From the human T2T-CHM13v2.0 reference genome, Homo sapiens: a stretch of 64,000 bases of DNA. The notes beneath the pieces are model-generated. The model was not told where the DNA came from. It saw only the letters and a program-made list of their open reading frames with translations, and made no database searches. Positions 33,485 to 45,756 of the stretch are shown one piece after another (position 1 is the first letter of the stretch; every line of letters starts with the position of its first letter). Where the stretch lies: NCBI RefSeq assembly GCF_009914755.1, contig NC_060933.1; one strand, 5' to 3'. Made by a program: the position numbers and the translations under genes.

Positions 33485-34500
33485 TTACAATTTGGCATGT
33501 TTTTGCAGTGGCTGGTACCAGTTGTTCCTTTCCATGTTTAGTGCTTCCTTCAGGAGCTCTTTTAGGGCAGGCCTGGTGGTGACAAAATCTCTCAGCATTT
33601 GCTTGTCTGTAAAGGATTTTATTTCTCCTTCACTTATGAAGCTTAGTTTGGCTGGATATGAAATTCTGGGTTGAAAATTCTTTTCTTTAAGAATGTTGAA
33701 TATTGGCCCCCACTCTCTTCTGGCCTGTAGAGTTTCTGCTGAGAGATCAGCTGTTTGTCTGATGGGCTTCCCTTTGTGGGTAACCTGACCTTTCTCTCTG
33801 GCTGCCCTTAACATTTTTTCCTTCCTTTCAACTTTGGTGAATCTGACAATTATGTGTCTTGGAGTTGCTCTTCTTGAGGAGTATCTTTGTGGCGTTCTCT
33901 GTATTTTCTGAATCTGAATGTTGGCCTGCCTTGCTAGATTGGGGAAGTTCTCCTGGATAATATCCTGCAGAACGTTTTCCACCTTGGTTCCATTCTCCCC
34001 GTCACTTTCAGGTACACCAGTCAGGCATAGATTTGGTCTTTTCACATAGTCCCATATTTCTTGGAGGCTTTGTTCGTTTCTTTTTATTCTTTTTTCTTTA
34101 AACTTCTCTTCTCACTTCATTTCATTCGTTTGATCTTCCATCACTTTTACCCTTTCTTCCAGTTGATTGAGTCAGGTACTGAGGCTTGTGCATTCATCAC
34201 GTAGTTCTCATGCCTTAGTTTTCAACTCCATCAGGTCCTTTATGACTTCTCTGCATTGGTTATTCTAGTTAGCCATTCGTCTAATTTTTTGTGAAGGTTT
34301 TTAACTTTTTTGCCATGGTTTCGAACTTCATCCTTTAGCTCAGAGTAGTTTGATCATCTGAAGCCTTCTTCTCTCAACTCGTCAAAGTCATTCTCTGTCC
34401 AGCTTTGTTCTGTTGCTGGTGAGGAGCTGTGTTCCTTTGGAGGAGGAGAGGCACTCTGATTTTTAGAGTTTCCAGTTTTTCTGCTCTGTTTTTTCCCCAT
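33485..34500 (-). pseudogene. L1 ORF1p, disrupted
   Basis: ATG (MGKKQSRK) at 34500; only the C-terminal 186 aa (33485-34045, ...ARREW...YPAKLS...) remains open. Confidence 0.93.
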
Positions 34501-35528
34501 CTTTGTGGTTTTTATCTACCTTTGGTCTTTGATGTTGGTGATGTGCAGATGGGGTTTTGGTGTGCATGTCCTTTCTGTTTTTTAGTTTTCCTTGTAGCAG
34601 ACAGGACCTTCAGCTGCATGTCTGTTGGAGTTTGCTGGAGGTCCACTCCAGACGCTGTTTTCCTGGGTATCAGCAGCGGAGGCTGCAGAACAGCGGATAT
34701 TGGTGAACAGCAAATGTTGCTGCCTGATCGTTCCTCTGCAAGTTTTGTCTCAGAGGAGTACCTGGCCGTGTGAGGTGTTAGTCAGTCCCTACTGGGGGGT
34801 GCCTCCCAATTAGGCTACTCAGGGGTCAGGGACCCACTTGAGGAGGCAGTCTGTCCGTTCTCAGATCTCCAGCTGCGTGTTGGGAGAACCACTACTCTCT
34901 TCAAAGCTGTCAGACGGGGAAATTTAAGTCTGCAGAGGATTCTGCTGCCTTTTGTTTGGAAATGCCCTGCCCCCAGAGGTGGAGTCTACAAAGGCAGGCA
35001 GGCCTCCTTGAGCTGTGGTGGGCTCCACCCAGTTCGAGCTTCCAGGCTGCTTTGTTTACCTACTCAAGCCTGGGCAATGGCGGTTGCCCCTCCCCCAGCC
35101 TCACTGCCGCCTTGCAGTTTGATCTCAGACTGCTGTGCTATCAATGAGCAAGGGTCCGTGGGTGTAGGACCCTCAGAGCCAGGTGCAGGATATAATCTCC
35201 TGGTGTGCCATTTGCTAAGACCGTTGGAAAAGCGCAGTATTAGGGTGGGAGTGACCTGATTTTCCAGGTGCCGTCTGTCACCCCTTTCTTTGACTAGGAA
35301 AGGAAATTCCTTGACCCCTTGCACTTCCGGGGTGAGGCAGTGCCTAGCCCTGCGTCGGCTCACACTTGGTGCGCTGCACCCACTGTCCTGCACCCACTTT
35401 CTGACACTCCCCCATGAGATGAACCCGGTACCTCAGTTGGAAATGCAGAAATCATCTGTCTTCTGCGTCGCTCATACTGGGAGCTGTAGACTGGAGCTGT
35501 TCCTATTCGGCTATGTTGGCTCCACCCC
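34501..35528 (-). promoter_or_regulatory. L1 5' UTR internal promoter plus antisense promoter
   Basis: Position and similarity to the L1PA 5' UTR; YY1 site mutated (CAAGATGGCCG to CAACATAGCCG); many CpGs decayed. Confidence 0.7.
35077..35259 (+). pseudogene. L1 ORF0 homolog, 60 aa, premature stop
   Basis: MAVAPPPASLPPCSLISDCC...VGVGPSEPG...IRVGVT* matches recalled primate L1 ORF0. Confidence 0.75.
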
Positions 35529-38391
35529 CTCAGGTAACTTACTCATATACAAATAAGCTGGGATTTACACTCAGATTGGTCCAATCCAAAGTTAGAGCTA
35601 ATTTTTCAGTTTGCTAATTTTCCTCGGTTTTTCCTTTTACATCTGCGCTTAGTGACAAAGGATAGCAAGCTAAATATGATAATTGAAGAAATGCCTTCCA
35701 CTAAGAATATCTATATTCAGTGACTGCCAATCCTATGAATTAAGCTTTGTATTTCTGCAGTGCTGCAGGAAACTCACAGAGAAGGGTTATTTCCTGAGTG
35801 ACTATTTCTTTTGAACAAAGATGGAGTTATGGATGAAAGATTTCTGCAATTATTTTGAAGGCATTTTTATACAAACTTTTATACTTACCTGTAATTAGGA
35901 CTGTCTTGGCGACTTTACCATATACTTTAAGTTAGTAAACCGTGTCAGGATACATTTGCTTTCTGCAAGGTAGACATCATCCTTTATAATTTAATAAAAT
36001 AGAAATATTTTATAGTAAGAACTTCATTTAAAGTAACAGTTTGAAATGTGCTGGGTATAGCTTCTGGGCTTGCTTAATTTATTGATAGCCTATTTCAGTT
36101 TTCTAGCTTGCACCCTCATGGTTCAGCTAAATTAAATAACTTTAAAATTGAAAAGAAGGAAGGGGTTCTATTTACCAGGGAAATTGGGAAACAGTAGAAA
36201 TAGCCCCAGTTGCTTCCACCCTAATTTGACCCTTCATGTCCCAAAGACATATGATGTGGCTGGAGAAGGAGGTGATAGTAACTGTCTTTCTTGAACTTAT
36301 CCTGCTTTTGGGTCCCCATATTAGGTTGCTTGGTTTGATTTTATTAAGGCAGTGGAGGGGCCTTAAGTTGCATCTCAAATCATCATCTGGACAAGAAAGC
36401 TGTACACTATGGCCACTCTCCTTTCGTTGATTTTGCTTATTCTCCTGCTAGATGCTCTCTATCCAAGTAGGGCTAGAATTTCACTGCTCTCTTCCCCAAG
36501 GTTATTATATCAGAAACGGCAAGTGAGGTAGAGAGGCTTGGTGTTATGTCTCAACCTATGGATTTAATTTTTGGATATTTTATAAATTAAAACAGCCTTT
36601 GGCTAGCTTACAATAACTAGTAAAAAGTTATTACTACTAATTACTAGTAATATGACAAATACATTAATCAGGTAAAAATATAAATATAATTACTATTCAA
36701 GTCCTGTACAAAATCTTAGTTTGTATTTCTGTTTTTTAAAGAAAATAAATATTATTTGAATAGTAATGAAAAAACAGTATATTCAAAAATGTCCAATACT
36801 TTACTCTTTATTATAATTTAAACATTCACAAGCAGAGCTTTAAGAAACAACTGCAAAATGAAAGACATATTTCCATGCAGGAGGAGCTAACGTCTTTTAT
36901 TGGGAGGGGATGGTGCTTCAGAAAAACCATGCAAATCCAGTGGGCACCTCAGATATTCAACAAGAAGGTAAAATGATGGTACTATCCTAAACTATGTGAA
37001 AAATTGAAATGAGAAATGTTGTGTCATTTGTTGCAAACTATTCTCAATACTTGGCTTTTCAGACAAATAAAAAAACACAGCCCAGAGCCAACACATTTCA
37101 TCATTTAGATTACATTATAAAAAATGACAAAAACTTACTGGCTTGGAAATATTAAAGGCAACAAGATGGGATGTAGGATCCTGTTAATAGTTGTCAAATC
37201 TAGAGAAATTTCAAGCAAGATAGGAGGAGAGGTGGCAAATAGAAAGTTTCTGAGGCTCTTAAAAATAGTCTTTACAAAGCTGTTTCCCAAGTGGTTCTCT
37301 CTGGGGTGAAACCTATTCTGCATTTGGAACATCTTCCCACTTACCTTGTGAGGCCATGCAATTATTACACTTTAAGCCAGGCTTGCTGCGCTAATAATGG
37401 CAGTTAGACAGGGTCCAGTTGCTGAGGAAGACTTAGAGCCCAAAATGACAATGCTTATAAATTTACAGATTGTTTCCAAAAAAGATACAATATAGCAATA
37501 TTATTAAAATAAGGATATGCGTGACAGCCAAAGGCTATCTCACAGCAAGGGGTCCAGGAAAGCCAGATGCAAACTCCAGTTGCCCTTCCTCTGTAAGTTC
37601 TGTATCAGGAACACATTTTCCCTCAGATCAGGAAGCAGACCTGAGCACAGAACACCTTGAAATCAGGGAGCCCAAAATAGTGTCTCGGCCAGGGTTCCTT
37701 ACGGCCACTTGGTTAAGTACTTAACCAGCTTTTACTTGTTGCTTAACCAGCTCTTACATCAAAGTACCATTCCTGTCCACCCTGGTCCCCAGGGGTTTCA
37801 CCAAGATCAGGTTTAAATCATCAGTCTCACTATTACCAATAAACAATGCTGACAAAATAGTATGAATGACACTGAAACTCCATCAACTCATGGTTAAAAA
37901 GCAATACTGTTAATTGGTATGTTTCATGGCCAAAGATCAGTGCCTTGCAGGTGCTTTGTTGAAACAGTCCTGGTGAATTCCAGACTTGCTGGAGTTAATC
38001 CTCATTGCACACTTGTAAGTAGCTATAGACTTGCCCACAAAAACTGTTCAGAAGATGTTGATTTTTTGCCAGATAATTAGAATATTGTTTTTTGAGTAGA
38101 TATATATAGTGATGCTTTTGAATGTCTAATAAGCTGATTGTATAAAACCACAAATGTTTTAAGAGTTGTGTTGTGAAAAGAACATTATTTTCATCTTTTA
38201 CTTTTATCTAACGGTAAATTAAATGTCATGGTTCTTTCAGAAAATGGTCTCATTTAAATGCTGTGAAATGTATACATTATTATTCTGTAGGAGGCTTATA
38301 TTCTTTCATACAGTACATAGTTGAATCTTGACACCATAAGTGAAGGTGAATGTATTACTAGTTTGTTCATTTGGGTACTGGTGTATGAAAT

Positions 38392-39225
38392 TGTCCCAGT
38401 TATAAATTTATTGCCTCTTAGCTCCAAATCTGCCCTTCATTGCCCTGTTTGTGATAGTGGAACATTTCTTCCTTGTCAGCTGGCATGGTGCTAACCTTGT
38501 CAGTAAAGGGCTCTAGAGGGACGTATTAAGAGGAAGGGGCTTCTCTTCCTGTGTCTTGTGTGCTGTGCTTCTTCTTGCTTGTGTGGGTCTAGGGTGGCAT
38601 GTAGGACATACAGTGGACCTCATCTTTGATGAATTCAGCAGATAGTTTTGGTTTTATTAGTTTCACAAATACTACCCATGGCTTTCTAGAAGCAAGTTAA
38701 GTGGCATGCCAGCTGCTGGCTGAATTCGTGTGGGCAGCATAGCTGTCTTCTACAGGGCAAATTCCAAGGGTACTCCATATACCTTCCTGGAGCCGTCCCA
38801 GTGATGGCCTTTTGTTGAGTTTCCTGTGGGCAGCTCTCGGGTAGCTTCCTGGTAAGGCTAGCTAGTGCCTGACCTAGCTAGAAGTTCAACAGCAACCCTA
38901 GTGTATAGTTCTGTGGTAAATTTTGTAGGTACCCCAGCAGATGAGTTTCTGTTTTTATTCTTAACCTGATAACTTTGAACAAACTCTGGCCCAGGAAAAC
39001 CCAGAAATCTGTCATCCAGTGGGCTGCAATATTACCTTCTCCAGTGAGGTCTGAATCACCACCCTGGGGAGGAAGCCCCTCCCTCCACTTCTAAGTTTGT
39101 TCCTTCCTTGGGTATACAGCCTAGAATATTTGGGGGTTTTCTTTTATCCCTTCTTAGTTAATTTATTATACAAAGTTAATAATTCTTTATATTCAGTCTT
39201 CCCTGTTCAAATTACTTTGTGATGT
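38392..39225 (+). mobile_element. Old ERVL LTR (LTR33/LTR41-like)
   Basis: tgtcccag...ttattgcctcttagctccaaatctgccc start; ttccctgttcaaattac near the end. Confidence 0.6.
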
Positions 39226-39244
39226 TTAGTGCACAAATGTATCC

Positions 39245-39480
39245 ACAACTGACACATGGACACAAAGAGGGAAACAACAGACACTGGAGCCTACCAGAGA
39301 GTAAAGGGTGGGAGGAGGGAGAGGGGCAGAGAAAATAACTATTGGGTACTAGGTTTAGTGCCTGGGTGATGAAATAATCTGTACATGAAACCCTGGTGAC
39401 ACAAGTTTACCTATATAACAAATCTGCAGGAGAACAGATTTGTTAAACTAACCTACACCTAAAATAAAAATTTAGAAAAA
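39245..39480 (+). mobile_element. L1PA (older, PA13-16-like) 3' UTR fragment
   Basis: acacatggacacaaagaggg...cctgggtgatgaaataatctgtac...cctaaaataaaa. Confidence 0.85.
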
Positions 39481-41331
39481 GTTTCCATTTGGTTCTTCTT
39501 TAAAAATAACAAACAAAAGAAATAAAGAAAAAAACTAATATGACTGCTAGTAGCTTGGGAGATTTTATTGTTCTCATGAGGACAAGGAGTCCCATTAAAA
39601 CTGGCCATGAGATACTTCTGTTAAACTCATCTCAAAGAGACATATGTATGTATGTATTCAGAGATTATCTTGTACGTTCTCCTATTTGTGAAGCCTTAAA
39701 ATTCTTTAAATCTTAAAGTTCCTCATAAGAATTTTACTAGACATTTAACTTCTAGGAATATGAAGCCTGGCTCATCTTTTATTTCCAACATCACTAGATC
39801 AGGTGTGTATCAAAATTATAGAGAACTTTAATATAATCTAGAGGAAAGGTGAGCAGCCTTATAAGAAAATAAAGGCAACCAGATTATCACTGGGTAATCC
39901 AGTTTGAAAAGGAAACAGAGCTGGTTATAACATTACTTAGTACAAACTAATGGAGATTGAAAACTTTTTCCTGAATAGCAATAGAAGATAAAATTTTAAT
40001 AAGATCAGTTTGACAGTTTTGATCCAATTGATGAGTCCCCCTTCAAAGTTCCATGCACCATAAGGAAATGTAATTATGAGAAAGGAAGTAATAGAGACAA
40101 ATATTTGCTCATTGTTCCAAAGAGTCAGAAAAGAAGCAACAACCTGAAAGTATGAGACTGACTGATACCTAATAGCCTCTCTGGTGAGGAGAGCCATTAT
40201 AGTGATGCTTCATCACTATGATTATAGTAACACTTCCTTCTGCAGGTGAAACATGTATTCTGTACCTAGAAGTTCTCTGTGACTTACACTACAGAACAGT
40301 GTAAGTAACACTCAGGCTACAGCCTCTGACAACCAGAAGAGCAGGATTCTCAGGCCAAAACTATGCAGAAATAAATACTGCTAATTATTGAAATATTAAA
40401 GTGTAGTTCTGATGCATCATTAGGGTTTTCCCAAGAGCCTAATTTTACTCATTTCTTTTTTCTCTCTAGAGAAAGGGCAATCAGGGAGCGAACCATTAGC
40501 AAACCATTAAGTACATGTAGTCCCCAAAGAAACTGTACTGGAGCAGAGAAAAAAGATCTTGTTCCGTACTCCTCACAAAATGAGACATCTGTTTTCAGGA
40601 TAGGTTGCTTCCCTCCTTTCTTCCTTTTTTATTCCTTCCTTCATTTCACAGACTGAGATGAAATGCCATCTTTCTCTTCTCTGAGGAATCCTGGAACTTG
40701 GATTTTACCATTCGCCAGTTCTATGATTATTTGATGTTTATGCTTTTCTTTACTGCCTTCATTATTTTCACATTGCCTAGTTTTAAAATGTGTATGTTTA
40801 TCCTTATATGGGCTCCATATTTAAGAAAATAGTTTCTTTGATCTTGGAGTTTCCTCTCTTGTCTTCCACGAGTAGAATTTTCCAGTGAGGAAGCTACATC
40901 CATTGTTTCCATGTTTGCACTCAATGTTCTGCCTTCCTCAACCATTATCATAATGAAACTTCCTCTTTCAGGTTTTCCAGTGACGCCTTTCTTGGTAATT
41001 CAGTGGCCGCTTTACTTATTTTTTCAGTTTGGTTGGTTTTATTGCTAAGGAAGCCAATATTCAGAACGGCAAAAGTACCCAAGTAATACAGGAAATAAAT
41101 GACAAAGGCAGGAATTAAATTCAGGAATCTCTAGGCTAGAATACCTTTGCTTACTCTTCTATCATATCTCAGTATGTGATCTTTCTATTTTGCACTTTTC
41201 CTGTTGCTTCTTTCTCCTGTCTCTAAATACAAACATTTGATGAATTCTCAATTCTTAGCTCTCTACATTTCATGGTTGTAACCAACATTTATTGAGTGCT
41301 GACTATGAATAGGTTTATGTGCTATATCATG

Positions 41332-41694
41332 TGATATGGTTTGGCTGTGTTTCCACCAAATCTCTTCTTGAATTGTAGCTCCCATAATCCCCACATGTCA
41401 GGGGAGGGACCTGGTGCGAGTTAATTAAATCATGAAGGCAAGTTTTTCCCTTGTTGTTCTTGTGTTAGTGAATAAGCCTCATGACAACTGATGGTTTTAT
41501 AAAAGGGCATTTCTCCTGCACACACTCTCTTGCCTGCCACCATGTAAGATGTGCCTTTGCTCTTTCTTCACCTTTGCCATGATTGTGAGGCCTCCCCAGC
41601 CATGTGTAACTGTGAGTCCATTAAACCTCTTTTACATTATAAATTACCCAGTTGTGGGTATTTCTTTGTAGCAGTATGAAAATTGACTAATACA
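41332..41694 (+). mobile_element. THE1D-like MaLR solo LTR, inside a MIR
   Basis: tgatatggtttggctgtgt...gactaataca; TSD tcatg/ccatg. Confidence 0.92.
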
Positions 41695-42489
41695 CCATGT
41701 TATTAAATTTCCTCAACAATCTAATGCAATATTTTTTTCCCAGTTGTACAGATGAGCAAGTTAAGGCTAAAGAAATTAAATGACAACTTAAAGTTATCCC
41801 AAAGTCCTTTCTTAAATGCTTGTTTATTGGATTTAATTTAATGTTTGTGATTATAAGGTAGTTTGTGCTCTTTGTGACAAGTAAAACAGTTCAAGATTCC
41901 CAAGTTAATGGCCTGGTGTATTTTCTTTCCATATCTTCCTCCATGCAAGCAAACATATACATGCATATACCCACATATTTAGGTTGTTTATATTTAATTT
42001 TATAAAAATATGTGTAATAATGTTGAATACAGTACCCTGTAACTTGCCTACCCAACTTAAAAATAAATTACACACTTCATTTCTGATTGTCTTAACTCTT
42101 TCTGTTTTTTAATAGTTGGGTATTAGTTCACAATGTGACTATCAAAAATTTATCTCCATTAGTATTCAAGTAGTTTCTAGATTTTTCTACTTCAGGCTGC
42201 CTCCAATAACCTTATTATACATAAATTTAGCATTTATGTATAATAAATTTGTATGTATATATAAATGTATTTATGTATTTTTAAAGGATGTACTCCCAAA
42301 ATACAGATTACTGGGACACTCCTTTGTGCCTACATGTCTTCTCAAAAAATTTGTGACTACACATAATTTTATTAATAAAGTATGAAAATATCTGTTTCAT
42401 TGTGTTCCTGCTGATACTGGATGTTATCATTCTTTTGATTTTTGCCTAGACTATGTGAAAATTTGTACACCATGCTTGTTTTAATTTTC

Positions 42490-43845
42490 TTTTGACTATA
42501 TTCCTGTTATTAATGATTGGTGTGTTCTCTCTTTTATCTTTGTCAGTCTTGCTAGAAATTCATCAAATGTATTTTTGTAAGAACCGGTTTTTAAAAATAA
42601 ATTTTCTCTATTCCCTGTTTTTAATTAATTTATGTTCTGATCTTTATTACTTCCTTTCTGCTTCCTGCTTTGAGTTTATCTTCTCTTATTTTTCTAGTTT
42701 TTTTTCATGAGAACAGTGTTGTAATATCATTTTCCTAGTTTCTTGAGGCAAAAACTTAGATTATTGATTTGAGAGCTTTCTTCTTATCTAATGTAAGGAT
42801 TTAGTGCTATAAATTTCCCTTAGCGCTGCTTTGACTGTGTCCCATAGATTTTGATATGTTATCTTTTCATTTTTCTTCAGTTCTATGTTTTTAAAATTTT
42901 TTCTTTGAGGCGTTCTCTTTGATCCACTGATTATTTAGTAGTGGTGTTGTTTAATCCTCAAGTGTTTGGAGATGTTTTAGTTGCTCTTTTGTTATTGCTT
43001 TCCAGTCGTATTCGTGATGATCAGGGAACATACTCAGTGTGATTTTAATTCTTTTAAATGTACTGAGACTTGTTTTATCACTCACGATATAGCCTATTTT
43101 GGTGAATGTTTCATGGGTGGCTGAAAAAAGCATGTATACTACTCTTGCTGGTTGGAATGTTCTATGTATATTTTATTCTACTGGTTGATTTATGTTGGTT
43201 AGTTTTATATATTTGTTGATTATATATATTGCTCTATTAATTGCTAGTTCTACTAATTTCTGAGTAGGGGTGTGAAGATTCCATACCATGATTATGAATT
43301 TTTGTATTTCTTGTCTTGGCTTTATCCATTTTAGCTTCATGTATGTTGTAGCTCTGTTGATTGGTATGTAACCTTCAGAACCGTTATGTACTACTGGAGA
43401 ATTCTGCCTCTTATTATGTAATGTCTTTCTTTATCTCTAGTAATATTTTTGTTCTGAAGTCTACTTTATCTGATACTACTATAAATACTCCTTTTATTTT
43501 TTACTTGGTATTAATGTTTACATGTTCTTGTTTTTATTCCTTTACTTTTATCCAACCTATATCATTGTCTTTGAAGAGTTTCATGTAGGTCATATATTGC
43601 TGGATCATATTCTTTGTTTTTTAATCCTATCTGTCAGTCTCAATATTTTAGATGGTATTTTATTCCATTTTTACTTAAAGCATTTATTATGAGAGGACTT
43701 ATGTCTGCTATTTTATTTGTTATATCTTCACTTTTGTTTCAGGTTTCTCTGTTTATGTTTTATTTCATTCCGGCGGGTAATTAAACAATTTTTAGGATTC
43801 CATCATAATTTATTTGTAATATTCTTTAAAAATAAATATTCTTTA
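42490..43845 (-). mobile_element. Old L1M ORF2 5' (endonuclease) region; host of the ERV insertion
   Basis: ORF 42951-43133 (HETFTKIGY...MFPDHH) is EN-like; gctataaatttccct. Confidence 0.8.
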
Positions 43846-43849
43846 GTAC

Positions 43850-44269
43850 TGAGGTAGGAGGCAGGTGGGACTTGATCCAGACCAGACTAAAAACTGGCCA
43901 GAACCAGGAAGAGACACCAAAAACACCTCTCCATAAGTCATGTCCACCAGTGCCATGATACTTTACCATTGCCATAGCAACCTCTGGAAGTTACTGCCTC
44001 TTGGCACAGCTACATCTGGAAGTTAATGCCCATTTCTAGTTATCCTGAATAACCCACCCCTTAGTTAGCATGACATTAAAAGTGGGTATCAATATGACTA
44101 TGAAGCTGTTCTAGGCTGCCGCTCTCAGCATACAACCTATGGGGTAGCCCTGCTCTGTAGGAGCAGTCACAGAGCTGTAACACTGCCACCGCCTCAATAA
44201 AGCTGTTTTCTCCTCCCACCAGCTTGTTGAATTCCTTCCCAGGCAAAGCCAAGAATTCGTCCTGCATCA
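43850..44269 (+). mobile_element. 5' LTR (MER66-like)
   Basis: tgaggtaggagg...cacctctccataag...ttgccatagcaac...aataaa...tgcatca. Confidence 0.9.
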
Positions 44270-44270
44270 G

Positions 44271-44288
44271 TGGCAAGGTAGCCAGGAG
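44271..44288 (+). promoter_or_regulatory. Primer-binding site, tRNA-Arg type
   Basis: tggcaaggtagccaggag matches TGGCGAGCCAGCCAGGAG at 15/18, one base after the LTR end. Confidence 0.75.
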
Positions 44289-44520
44289 GGAAGAGGAGAT
44301 GGCAAGAGAGATAGCAAGAGACAGAGAGAAAGTGAGACAGCTATCGGTGCTACTGCAATCGAAGCTGCAGAGCAGCTAATGCTGTAATGCTGTAGAGCTG
44401 TAATCATTTTGGCTCCCGCAAATGAGTGAGTGTCCCCTACTGTCCACAATCCCATGATAGTGAGAGAGCCAAAGACTAAGACCTCTGGCCCTAAAGTACG
44501 TCTTGTCACCTCTTCCCTGA

Positions 44521-44917
<397 letters not shown>

Positions 44918-45756
44918 TGTTTGTCACTTTTTTTTCGCTTTGACTTTCTGTTAACTGTATTAGGCCAATTGTTTAAGGCAGGACACTTGACGGTGATAGG
45001 TCCACTTTTGTATTGACTCTGGGATGCCAGAGTCACATTGTTCTGTGACTCCAACTTGGCCTTGGGTTCACTGTTGGCTGCCCCCCAGATTCCCTGGGGT
45101 TTTTGTTACTTGGTGGGGAGATCCTTGTTTGTGGATACATGGATACTCTGGATTTTTCAGCATTGGTACTGTTGGCTACCTCCCAGATGCTCTGGGGTTT
45201 TCAGCACTGACATTCCTTCTAAGATTGTGAGTTATAGCCTGCGATCTTGGTCTCATATTTTCTGCCCTGAAGTTAGAAGTTATTATTTTTCTAACAGCCA
45301 CTTGTGGGCCCCTTCCCATGTGTTGTCTTCCTTTCTGCCTTGCTCAAGCCCATCTTAGCCAAAGGGACTAGGAATGTCAAACTCTGGCCTGACTGACGAA
45401 CAACTACCTGGTGGTTGAAAAGCGGCTGCCTGAATATTTTTTGTGTGTTTCTTCTGCTGGGTAGATTCTCTGGCGAGTTAGGGTCTCTGAGGTCTCCCCT
45501 TGGGCAGAACTTCTCACCCCTTTCCTTCATCCCTTTCACAATCACCTTCTGTTTACCTCCTCTCTCCCCAAATTAAGATACTTGGGAATTCAGGCTCATT
45601 ATTCTACTATGCATTCATTTTCCATAGTCCCCTTTCATAATTCCTTGCTGTTTATACTTTTCTTTGCAGAAAGTGAGAATTTAAAAAGGGAAAAGTAACT
45701 AGGCATTCACTAGACTTAGGCTAACTCAAACCTTCCTGTAGATATCCTTATTAGAC

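Noticed and set aside
35881-35891. atacttacctg as the start of a U1 snRNA pseudogene
   Set aside because: Similarity stops after 11 nt (no GCAGGGGAGATACC); better read as a minus-strand splice donor.
45000-45220. Recurring gggtttt motifs resembling a spaced repeat array
   Set aside because: Degenerate sub-repeats of the ERV leader; no conserved repeat-spacer structure, and the context is eukaryotic.
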